A stretch of 64,000 nucleotides of DNA from Enoplolaimus lenunculus (lineage: Eukaryota), in the NCBI GenBank assembly GCA_030248215.1, contig JASANG010002570.1, positions 62,001 to 126,000 on the forward strand, in the 5' to 3' direction. The translations under genes were made by a program, and so were the position numbers. Positions 27,072-39,537 of this stretch are shown in pieces; the stretch's first letter is position 1, and every line of letters starts with the position of its first letter. The notes beneath the pieces were generated by a model. It worked only from the letters and a program-made list of their open reading frames with translations, was not told the origin of the DNA and searched no databases.

Positions 27072-28314
27072 TCCATGTATTGGCAGGAGGCTGGTTTTGT
27101 TGCATTTTTGAATCATTTGGTTACTGAATAGCTTTGTAGACAACATTACTGCTTTATGATATTTAAAAGTTATGCATATTTGTTAATTCCTAGGCTCACA
27201 TTCTCAAATGAGTGTAGTACTTATCATTAGTTACTGATAGGTCTTGTAACTTTCGAACCAGTGAATGCTGATGCTCAAAATTCAATGCCATTTTTTCGCA
27301 TATGATTTGGTCTACTTCTGTACCAATTTTGCGTTCAACAACTGCAATAGTTTGTGAGTTTGAAAACCTGGTACTAATTGATGATAGCTACTATACACAT
27401 TTGAAAATATGGGCCCTAACTACAGGCCAATTGGAGCTCCAGCTTAGGCGCAGCATGTTTTTCTTCAAGGTATCTGATAGCATTTCATTAACGTAAAATA
27501 TTAATTGTGGCCCCACCCTAATAACCAATTCAAAGAAAAATCGCCGTAGTTTGGAAATGTGTCTAGTTTTTTTGCTCGCTTCGCTCACGGATTTCGGTCA
27601 CTATTCGAGCGCATGGACTGTAGACAGCTTAAACACAAAATTCCCCTGTGAAAAATTGGTGAATATTAAGTTACATTAATTTATTCGAAATATTTTAGCT
27701 TGGATTTGACCCGTCCATCTCTGTAATTCGGTCCGCGGTCCCGGTGCCCAACAATTTGGGTTTGATGGCTACTGTGCTTAAATCCGTCTGAACGAAATAT
27801 GCAAGCTATTGACCACGAGAAATGTATACAAAATCGTTGACAAATTTTGACAATTAATTTATACAGATTGGAAAAATATGATTTTTAAAACCAATCTGTA
27901 ATTTAATATCTCTGCTTTACCTTTTATGGAATGCACTCACCATAGACAAGGGCAGGGTTGAGAGGCTGGGGTGAATTCGACCAAAAATGACCCAGGATTT
28001 ATGGTATTAAACGCCTCCGGCGGATTCAGAAATTTCTAACCGATGGGGGCGAGCTGGCAAATGTTATGGAAACGAATATTTTTTACTGTATGCTAGGTAC
28101 CTATGTGCCACAAAATAATTTGTGATGAGGGGGCGTACGCCCCCTAAGCCCCCCTCTGGTTCCGCCAGTGCCCCCCCCCCCAAGCGTTGTTGTGTTAGAT
28201 TTTGAACAGGTTACAGAAGCAAATTCTGCAAATAAACGGGCACAAATTTGCCAGAAAGTTTTCATTTAATTTTGTTCAAGTTTTGTCATATTTTATATTT
28301 CAGCATGAACAGAC

Positions 28315-28478
28315 CGGAGCCATAGCCAGAAGGGTTCCACAGGGGAGCTCAGCCCAACTGGCGATTTTTTGACCACCAGAACATTTTCAACCTTGCTTGA
28401 AAGTCATCGAAAAACCCTTGTATGTCTTTTGTGAAAATATGTTAGCCCTCGAAGCAAAGTGAGCTGGCCACGGACGTG
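28315..28478. mobile_element. Family F MITE
   Basis: TSD GAACAGAC/CAACAGAC. Confidence 0.82.
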
Positions 28479-29570
28479 CAACAGACTATCAGCTGTCAGT
28501 AACCGTTTTGACAGGTCGAGGAGTGGACCTTTATTTATGCCCATGGTGTTCAAATTGTGTAGAAACTATTACCAGTTAGGGATAGGTCTGGCAAACTTAG
28601 GATCCATTGAATGATATGGTTATGAATGTAGCACATTTGTCCCACATAAAACTAACCAACCTCTAACTCGAATTTTCAGCTCGGCAGTACTCACTCGCAG
28701 GATGTAAGCAAATATTCGTTTCCGGTAAAAATCGGTGTCCGCTTCCGTGATGGAAACACTGGAAATTGTTATTTTTATACGCAAAATTAGTCAAAAATCT
28801 CGAAAATATCTCATAATGTTTCATTATAAATATGCTGCAATTATTGTTTGATTTGAAATAAACGTTGTGGAACTAATCTAAGATTTCATAAATTTCAATG
28901 CATCCGCTATTGTTTCGTTTAAATTATATAGAAAACCCGATGAATATTTGCATGACTTCAAATTGTGTGTTCGCAGTATTAAAATAAAACATCTTTGAAA
29001 CTATTATACTTCAATATTCGTTTTTCGTTTCCGTTATTTTTACTATCCGTTTATACTAACTGGTCATAGATGCTCCAAATAATTGCAATTAATGGTTATA
29101 AGTGCAATAATTGTACGAAATTGCAATTTTAGACTTATATTTACTGCACTTTTATAAAATCATGTACCATTCTTATAATGTGACACATAGTTGTCACAAA
29201 CCCTGCTCTAGAAATTGAACTCAGGGTATATAAGGTATCGGTTTACTATTCTCTGGTTATCATTGCTGGCACATGTACCTCTTGGCACTAAAATAAGAAG
29301 ACGAATATATCCAGTTTGTCTGTAGTGGCATTTTTTTATAAAACCTAAACCTAATTAATGAAATACACGTGGAAAAGTTTCGAATATTTATTTATTGCAT
29401 ATCGTTGTTATAGGTTCAGTTGGTATTTGAGTAGCGAAAATAAAGGTTATTTCGAGTTTACGAAACAAATAATTATTAGTTATTCGCACGAGTTTTAAAA
29501 CTTTAAGCATCTACACCGAGTTCAGTGCCGGCCATGTATAAAATAATTTAATAATGCTGTGAGCCGTGAC

Positions 29571-29740
29571 CGGGCCCGTAGCCAAGGTGGGGCCAGGGGG
29601 AGGGGCTCCGCCCCCCCCTGGAAAATATTTGGCCCCCCTTGAAACTTTTCAACCTTGCTTGTAACTCAGTGAAAACCCTTGAATGACCCTCCTGAAACAT
29701 TTTTAGGCCCCCCTAGCAAGGTGAGCTGGCTACGGGCTTT
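29571..29740. mobile_element. Family F MITE
   Basis: TSD GCCGTGAC/GTCGTGAC. Confidence 0.87.
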
Positions 29741-30152
29741 GTCGTGACAGGATCGCTGTGAGATAAAGTGGTATGGGCAAGGAAGAAGCTTATCAATTTC
29801 GGGAGTGAAAGTCATTTTATAGCTTTTTAAGACGTTGTTCGATTGAATAAATTTTTACGGACGCTGGTTTTATGGTTAAAAAAGTATACAATTCAAAAAG
29901 TATGGTGAAATGTAATTATTAGCATGGTGCACTTGTAAAGTATTTCTGTTATGCAGCGTTCACAATAACATTTCCCAGCTGTGCACCACAAACGTCATAT
30001 GGTGGGGTGGCGCATGTAAAGATCAGGGGCGGAATGTCTTTTTCAAAATAAACATCAAAATCAAGTTCATATAATAATTTTTGATTATATTTCAGGTATT
30101 TGCAAAAAAACTGTCTTGCGTCGTGTTTTTAGGAGATAAAAAATGTTTGCTA

Positions 30153-30347
30153 CACTGCAAAAAACGGTGAGTCAAATTGACTGTCTCCGAAATAGGCTCT
30201 ACGGGACGACACAAAATGAGTCAAATTCAACTCCGCCAGACTCAAATTTCACTCAGACTCTGGCAGAGCCGAATTTGACTCAGTTTGTGTAGTCCCATAG
30301 AACCTATTTCGGAGGAGAGTCAATTTGACTCACCATTGTTTGCAGTG
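30153..30347. mobile_element. Family A MITE, about 240 bp upstream of the plexin ATG
   Basis: TA-CACTGCA..TGCAGTG-TA. Confidence 0.9.
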
Positions 30348-30587
30348 TAGCTTTTAGGTTGACAGTAATTTTCCCAAACCAATTCGTGTATATCGGTAGT
30401 GCAACTGACCATTCTGTATAAATTTATCTTAAAAAGTTATTTATTTTAGACAAATACCTGCAGTACTGTATGAAATATATTAATAGAAAATAAACTTAGA
30501 AATAATTCTAGACATAATGTCGATTATCTAACGTATCCTGCTAAAGCGTACTACCTCGTTCGCTGGAGTGACCAACACAAAACAGCA

Positions 30588-31079
30588 ATGAAGATGCTTT
30601 ATGATCAAACCTTGTCCAGCTTATATTTCATCATTTGCTTAGTCTTATCTGCTCAATTTGGTAACGGGCTATGGAACAGCGGCCCAGAAACGATAGTACC
30701 TATCGATAAGCCAGGCGAAGGAGTTCCGTCGCTAATTCCTTACGATATTGACCTTCAAGATCATGTAAATGGTCACTACTCAAGGCAAGCGCCTGACTAC
30801 GGCGCTGCACGGCTACTGAGAAACCGTCCGAGTCCAATTTTGGCCGAATTCCGTCCGCCAGACACGGGAAGTTTCGTTGAAAAGTTGGCTATTTGGCGTA
30901 ATTTAAACGACAAGTTGAACTCGACAAATGTTTATGTTGGTGCTGTTAATAGGCTGTACCAGCTCGAGTCACGGTCGCTGGGGGTAACTTCCAATATTCG
31001 TACAGGGCCCGAAATGGACAGCCCGATGTGTAGCTTTCGTGGTGATTGTATGGACGCTCCGGGACGGAATTCTACCAAG
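30588..31079 (+). CDS. PlexB: Plexin exon 1 (signal peptide, Sema start)
   Basis: ATG at 30588, hydrophobic [11 protein letters not shown], donor AAG|GTATGT, phase 0. Confidence 0.88.
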
Positions 31080-34000
31080 GTATGTGTCCTAATGATTAAA
31101 AGGACCAACGTAGGTGTAAAACAGGGCCGTAACAGTTGCATAAGCATATTCCTAAACCTAAGCGTAAGAATGAGCTTACACCCAATCCTAAGCCTGAACA
31201 AAAAATAGTCTAAAACTTGAGCTTATTGCAGTCCTGCAGAAAAACGTTCCGCGCTGATCTTTCTTTGTGCCAGAACAGGGTCGTAACAGTAGTATAAGCA
31301 TGTTCATAAGCACTAAGCGTAACAATGAGTGTTAGGGAGGGGCGCATATGTTGGAAGTAAAGTAGAATAATTGTCCATCTGCGGACCGTCTACTGAATTA
31401 TAATACTGATTTTTTGTCGTTCATGCCAAGCGGTATTGGAAGCTCTGGCACCGCATATTATCACGCGGTAACTGTCAAATTTGACCAGTATGGTTAATTA
31501 TGGTTAATTTCTTCACTTAACCAAACGTCTTGCATTCCTCTTATTTGACCAACACCTTTTGAACTCGCACAGAATTAATTGTTGCTGGTCGATTCAATAT
31601 TTTCATTTTCATATTTCAGACGATGACCTCAAACCACAACCAATTGCTGCTGATCAACTCAAAAGACAAACTGTTAATAACTTGCGGTACGTTATTCCAA
31701 GGGATTTGTTACTTGCGAAGAATTGACGACATCAAACGCTCAGTACCGCTCGCTGATCCAGTAGCTGTCGCCGCTAATTCGCCCAACGCAAGTACTGTTG
31801 GATTTCTGGGCCCCAGCTTTTCTAAATATCACCCTGACGTTCCTCAAGAACAGATGCTTTACGTTGGAGCGACATTTACCTACGAATATTTCCGCGATCA
31901 TATTCCGTCAATTTCAACCCGAAGTCTTGGGGTAAACTCAGAGATGGCGCCGTTTAGTTTAGCTCAGGCTGAAGATATTAAAGGACGGTCGGGATTACTT
32001 GTTGAAATGACGTATCGCGAGCGGTTTCGCATCGAATTTGTTGCTGGATTTTATTACCGAGGCTACGCGTACTGGGCAATGGTCCAACCGGCAGGGGTTG
32101 GCACCACAGCTCACGAAGGGATGCGGGTAAGCAAGCTGGGTCGAATCTGTGGACAAGATCGATATTATACGAGTTATTCTGAAATTACACTACAGTGTAG
32201 AGACAAGCATAACACGCTGTATAATCGGTTAGTAGCGTTGAAACTAACCAATTCAGACCAAGCTGATGCCGGAAGTCAGATCAAGACGGGCACCTTGGAG
32301 CCGCCGAAATTAGTTGGAATATTTGGACGAGAAGACGTACATACGTATGACACACTTGCAACATCGGCAATTTGTGCATTTTCAATGCGTTCAGTTGAAG
32401 CTAATTTTAGACAAAATTTAGAACGATGCAATGATGGCATTGGTGATTTTAGTCTACCGCAGTATGGATCAAGTGGGCCGTGTAAACGTTTTGTAAGTCC
32501 TGGTTTGATCCACGCTGGCGCCAGGAGTGTACCCGCAGATTGCGAGACGGGGGGAGGTGTTAAATATTTTAATTCGGTGTAAAACACTTTTTTACCTGTT
32601 AGTGCTTTATTTAGCTGTTTTCGATTTCGTAACCAATCGGAAATTGTCTAGTTCGTTACGAAATATGTTCTAGCCAATCGAAAATTGTCTAGTTCGTTAC
32701 GAAATATTTTCTAGCCAATCGAAAATAGTCTAGTTCGTTACGAAATACTTTCTTACCAATCGAAAATTGTCTCGTTCGTTACGAAATATTTTCTAACCAA
32801 TCGAAAATTGTCTAGTTCGTTACGAAATATTTTCGAACCAATCGAAAACTGTCTAGTTCGTTACGAAATATTTTCTAACCAATCGAAAATTGTCTAATTG
32901 CTTACGAAGTATTTTCTTACCAATCGAAAATTGTTCAGTTCCTTACGAAATATTTTCTAGCCAATCGAAAACTGTCTAGCTCGTTACGAAATATTTTCTA
33001 ACCAACCGAAGATTGTCTAGTTCGTTACGAAATATTTTCTAACCAATCGAAAACTGTCTAGTTCGTTACGAAATATTTTCTAACCAATCGGTAACTGTCT
33101 AGTTCGTTACGAAATATTTTCTAACCAATCGAAAATTGTCTAATTGCTTACGAAGTATTTTCTTACCAATCGAAAATTGTTCAGTTCCTTACGAAATATT
33201 TTCTAGCCAATCGAAAACTGTCTCGTTCGTTACGAAATATTTTCTAACCAATCGAAAATTGTCTAGTTCGTTACGAAATATTTTCGAACCAATCGAAAAC
33301 TGTCTAGTTCGTTACGAAATATTTTCTAACCAATCGAAAATTGTCTAATTGCTTACGAAGTATTTTCTTACCAATCGAAAATTGTTCAGTTCCTTACGAA
33401 ATATTTTCTAGCCAATCGAAAACTGTCTAGTTCGTTACGAAATATTTTCTAACCAATCGAAAACTGTCTAGTTCGTTACGAAATATTTTCTAACCAATCG
33501 GTAACTGTCTAGTTCGTTACGAAATATTTTCTAACCAATCGAAAATTGTCTAGTTCCTAACGAAATATTTCCTAACCAATCGAAAATTGTCTAGTTCCTA
33601 ACGAAATATTTTGTAACCAATCAAAAATTGTCTAGTTCCTAACGAAATATTTCCTAACCAATCAAAAATTGTCTAGTTCCTAACGAAATATTTTCTAACC
33701 AATCGAAAATTGTCTAGTTACTAACGAAATATTTTCTAACCAATCGAAAATTGTCTAGTTCCTAACGAAATATTTCCTAACCAATCGGTAACTGTCTAGT
33801 TCGTTACGAAATATTTTCTAACCAATCGAAAATTGTCTAGTTCCTAACGAAATATTTTCTAACCAATCGAAAATTGTCTAGTTCCTAACGAAAAACTTTC
33901 CAAACCAATCGAAAATTGTCTTGTTCCATCATGCTAAATATTCCTATTTGCTGTGCTACATATAAGTAACATTTCGTTTATTGCTTACAGATGCCACCCC

Positions 34001-37000
34001 CTTCGTCCGAGTCAGACGGCCGCGTTGTTTGCAGCAACGCTCGAGTCGGTGAAACCGGTGACCTAGCGCTTGTGGGTAGCGCTTTATTTACGTACCCGAA
34101 TACCCGGATAACTTCGTTTGCAGTGACTCGAGTTCTCAATCACACTGTGGTCTTTGCTGGAACGAGTTACGGTTCAATTAAAAAGGTAATTTTTTAGCTT
34201 TTTTTATAATTAAATTTAAGCTGGTTGTAAATTTAGAGTCAATTTTAAATTGAAATATTTTCGATGCTTAAGTTCGTAGCATCTTCCCCCCACCCTGTCA
34301 CGTTGGTTTTACGATATGACACAGTTTCCAATTGATGTACCTACTTAGTAAGTAGCATATAAAGTATAATCAATTGAACTCGGTGGCTTATAAGCATGGC
34401 ATGCAAGCACGCTTCGGCTTTAGTGGCTGGGTATGGGCCAAACGCTCCAGCGCCATCCATTTTATTAATTAAAGACTAAACAACATTTGAGTACCTTTTA
34501 GGGTTGCGTTATACTGTACTGTGCCGCACGCCACCGCGTCGCTTCACAAAAATATTGGCAAAATCAGTTTGGTGGAATTTTTAATAAAAATTTTGCCATT
34601 CCGCGCAGTGGCGTGCGGTGAGTATAGCGCAGCCATTACTGCAGGGTTTTGGGCTCAGGAAAAACGAACACCAGTATTCCGGATACTAAAGTCAAAAAAG
34701 ATTCAGTGTCTTGGACACAGAACGTTTTTGGTTTCTGTGTTCAGGATACTGAAGCTTTTTTGGCTTCAGTGTCCAGGATATTGAAGCTAAAAAGCTTCAG
34801 TATACAAGATACTGAAGCCAAAAAACTTCAGCGTCCATGACACTACCCCGTCAAAAGCACCTGGTGTCTTCAGTATACAAGATACTGAAGCCAAAAAGCT
34901 TCAGCGTCCATGACACTACCCCCTCAAAAGTCACCTGGTGTCTTCAGTAAACAAGATAATGAAGCCAAAAAGCTTCAGCGTCCATGACACTACCCCCTCA
35001 AAAGTCACCTGGTGTACGCATGTTATTGTGGGAGTTGCATAAGTATACAAAGCTTAAAACATCTCGTTCCACTACTGTTGCTAGTTTTAGATTCTTCTAC
35101 GCTCTGTGATGGCACCAGAATCATCAATAGAATACGATGAAATTAACATTGCTGATTCCAATTCCGATTTGACGACAAAGCCAGGGATCGAGCCAAATGA
35201 ACCAATTGGAACAGACTTAATTCTTGATGAGGACGAAAACGTTTTGTATGCGTCAACACCGTATAAGGTAACGCTAAGTTGGCCACAACCGCCGCAGAAC
35301 AGTAGCGGATCGGGAAATTTCTGATAGCTGATCCGTGTGAAATATGACGTCATTTTTACCATATTCATACTCTATACCAAGACATTTAACCCTTTCTCAC
35401 ATGAATATTTTCTATTTCCCCTGAGACCTACTTTTATGCGAGGATTCGAACTCCAGTGACTGAAGTGGGAGGCGTATACCATCACCACTCAGCTATCGGA
35501 CTTGACGCTCGAGCCCGAGGGGGCTCTCACGTCTTGTGGTGATTTAGTACTCTGTATACGTGTTGCAATTGTTAAACACGGTGCGATATATACTATTTAA
35601 CGTATAGACACTGCGCTTAGTTGCCTATAGGAAACTCAATGTGAGAAGGGGTTATAGATAGTAAACCGGAAATTTTTCGCTTAATAATTGTCTTATGGTA
35701 TCTTGTCCTAAATCAACTGTCAGGTATCAGGTTACGCGGTTCCTAATATCTTTTCAATTTTTACTGAGCGGTGTGATCGCAAACGCGTCAGATCTGAGAG
35801 CCGTTGGTTTAAACCCCGGCTTGAAATTAGAACTCAAGTGAAATTGAAAATATTCATGTGACAATAGTTTTTGAAAAAGACATTAATCGTTGTTCCGTAC
35901 TAAGATTAACTTATACGTTGAGCTTTTAATATCGAAACACTTTTCGAACCTGTTACACCAGTGGTTTATGGGCACATTTGGAGTGGGAAAGACAGCTGGC
36001 CCGTAGTCAGCTCTTCTTGCTAGAGGGGAGGGTTAAAAATTTTTCACGACAGGCATTCAAGCGTTTTCAATGAGTTACAAGCAAGGTTGAAAACTTTATA
36101 GGTGGGGCTCAAAATTTTTCCAGCGGGGGCTAAGCCCCCTGTTCCCCCTCTTGAATACGGGCCCGAAAGACAGCCGACCTATACGGTTTTTGAAGTTGGA
36201 AAATTTTGCGTAAACATAGCAAGGAAAATTTAAGTGCAAAAATTATAAGGTTCCGCGCTATCTTACACACTATTCAAATTGTGTTTGGCTTTTCGTTCGC
36301 TTCGCTTGCAAAACTTTTTCGGTCTTTGTATATTGCGTTCCAACGTATGCAGTTTTCAGATAACCTTCTGCGATGCTGATAATATTGCTTAACCTTACGT
36401 GCCTTAATTTCAGGTTGTCAAAGTTGCAGTCGAACAATGCGCACAACACACAAACTGCAATACGTGTTTGCAATCTGTAGATCCGTACTGTGGTTGGTGC
36501 ACACTGGAGCGAAGGTATTTTTGGGGGGATGAAAAAACGGGGTCGTGCCCCCCCAATGAGTTTGAAATGATTTGCTGGTTGCTTAAGGCGACAAATTTTA
36601 TACTGCACTTAAGAGCAATATATATGTGCAAATACAGTATACAGAATTAATTTAACCAATTGCCCCAAAAAATTTTCTATTTGTAATCCATGATAATTAT
36701 AGAAGCTTGCTCACTGCGAGACAGGTAGAGTGGGAAACTTTGACACTGGAAACCTTTAGGCGTTGGATTAGGCTTATATTTAGGATTACGCTTAAACTTG
36801 TGGTTAATCTTAGGTTTAAGCTTGCGATTAGGCTTAGGATTAAGCTTATGCTATTGTTTTAGGCACAAACCCGTAGCCAGGTCACCTTGCTAGGGGGGCT
36901 AAAAATTTTTCAGACGGGGCATACAGAGGTTTTCGTTGATCTATATGCCAAATTGAAAATTTTCTAGGGAGGGGGCAAAATTTTCCAAGATGGGCTGAGC

Positions 37001-39503
37001 CAGTCTGGCACCCCCCTTGGCTACGCGCCCGATCAGGCATTAACTCAGGTTAAAGCTTGATTGGACAGGCCCTAACAATTGATATTCGTCTATTTTTGTC
37101 ATCTTGGATCTGTTTTGAAGCTAAATTTTCAGTTGCACATCAAGTTCAAATTGTCCATATTCGGACGTTACAAGCCGGTGGATACCGTCCGGGTCATCCG
37201 ATCAGTGTCCACGAATTTTGGCGATGGTACCTCAAAATGCATCGTTAGCTCAAGATGCGAACACTGAGGTACGTCTTGGTGTCGCTATATTTGTACCAAA
37301 AATATCAGGTTCACGAATTTACAACAAAAACTACGATATTGGCAAGTGCCGAAACCCTACTTAAGTACGACTTAGTACTTAAGTACAGGCTAAGTAATTG
37401 CGTAACTATTTTGCCGTTTTTAAAAGCGTACTTAAATTAAGTAAATACTTAAGTCGTTGACTAAATTTATGACCTATTAGGCCTACAAAATTAACCGCTC
37501 AGGTATCTAGCCGGTAAAGAATCCACCGGCACCATAAGCAAACCCCAAGACAAAGGCCGAGCGCGGGGGCGAAAGGGCGAAGAAACTAGGTATACTTAAG
37601 TAAATACTTACGTAGAGAACTCACACCACACACCACACCTCTCCAGCCGGTGGTCGTTTGCTTTTTTTGTTAGCTGAAAAAATTAAATTCACAAATATTA
37701 CCACTTTCTGTAGTTTTACGTTTTGATAAATGTCATTGAGTTTCTCAGTTCTTCTACAAAAAAATGTCGGCTTTGAAATAACGCCGCGACAGCATCCGGA
37801 GGAAAACCAGGGGGCTCAGTATTCTGTAAAAAAATTCTGCCCATCTGGTTCTGTGGTGCTGAAGCAAGCTAGGGTTATGGTTTAATTATGCCAGTAGCTA
37901 TTTAAGGGTGGAGTTAGATTGGCATTATTTGAGCGCCTGATTTTTCAACTGTTCGAAACCGAAACTTTGGTATCATAATTTAATGCTAAAATTGCGTTTG
38001 GCTTCTCGATCGCTTTTTTGTTGAATCCACTGTTGCGCTCTTTTAGAAAGCAATAAACGTTACATCTTTATTTGTGAATATACAAGGAAACAAGATGTGT
38101 ACAATGCAAAAAATGGTGAATCAAATTGATTCTTTCCGAAATAGGCTTTTCCTGATTACACAAACTGAGGCAAAATGTGAGACTCACCATTTTTTGCAGT
38201 GTATCATTTTGTAGGTATTCCTCAAATTGAACTTTATTCCGCTTCCGGATCCGCCGGTATTTCACTATCAGTGCGTTTTTGAATCGACTTCGGTACTGGC
38301 TCAGTTTGAACCTCCAAGTACGTTGCGATGTCCGTTACCGCCGACCAAGGATCGACCGGTTATTCCTGACGGGCATGGTAAGGAGGGATAGGGAAAGAAG
38401 ATCTTACTTGAAAATTGATGCAAAATTAGACCTGTAGGTTTTAAGTCTCAGTAATGGTTAATTTAGAACTCTGGTAAAATTAACCAATGGTTAAAGGGCG
38501 AATTTAGCTTAGGCTTAGGTTTAGGCTCAAGCAAAATATGGTGTAGGCTTAGTCACGGTTAATTTTGGTGTGAATAATACCAAGAAATTAACAGTGCGAT
38601 TATATTACGGGAGTAGCAGTAGATTAAGCGTATTTCTAAGCCTATGTCTAAGTCTAAGCGTTGAAAAAAATGTGTTCCTTAGCCTAAGCCTAAACAAAAA
38701 ATGTAATCTAGGATCTAAACGCCCCTTACAGTAACATTGGCCAAAGTGGGTATACAAAAATGTGGTTCGTTGTGACAATTATACAAAATAAGCGAAAAAA
38801 TTTTTTACAGGATTAAGGGGTGTTTATTCTATATTTTTGCTGATCGCTAGCACACTCTAGCAATTGGTTAAATATATACCGGTTCGAAATGAAATCTTGC
38901 GTATTCTAAACAATAATTGTAAAAGACATCTTTGTCCGCGATTCAGATCACGTATCAGTCCCGTTGAAAATTTGGTCAACTGCAACAGGAAAAGCATTTT
39001 ACGAAGACCGCTTTGTGTTCTACGATTGCTCAACGCATCGGTTGTAAGTATTTGTATTGAATTGTTTAAAATTGTATATTTCTTTATTTAAAATATAGTA
39101 TATTCTCAAATGTGTATAGCATCTATTGCAAATTAATAGTACGCTTCGAATATGCAAATCAAACTCGTAACCAGAAAAAGAAATTAACTGGAAAAGATCA
39201 CAGGGTTACGTTGATAAACCAGTGTTCTCAGGTGATGAAAGCCGTCCGTCTGGAAGCTTGTTTCGTGGTTTATACTTGACAGTATATTTTCTGTTTAAGG
39301 GGATCATCACGAGCGCTCTATAAGCCCCCCTAGATCCAGCCATGAGTTTCGCATGGCAAGTGAAATGTGGAGTCAAACAATAACAAGGGGGCTCATAGAA
39401 ATCATTATTTTGATTGGTTTAAAATTAGTCTGAAAAATGTAGCTATGTGTCACTTGTGACATGATATACGCAAGTTATTATTACGAAAAATGCTTTATTA
39501 TAC

Positions 39504-39537
<34 letters not shown>

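Noticed and set aside
30588..31208. Separate small genes implied by the ORF track across 30.6-62.3 kb
   Set aside because: They are exons of one plexin gene whose ORFs run on into introns; the splice phases join them into a single frame.
32276..32587. Antisense ORFs over plexin exons (also 30932, 35087, 44683, 58271, 58478, 60149)
   Set aside because: Shadow frames of the coding strand with no independent support.
32626..33926. CRISPR-like regular array
   Set aside because: Units are contiguous 41-bp repeats with no unique spacers, located in a eukaryotic intron, with no cas genes.
35435..35502. Functional tRNA-Gly gene
   Set aside because: A and B boxes are present, but the acceptor and anticodon stems do not pair convincingly, and it lies within a dispersed MITE.
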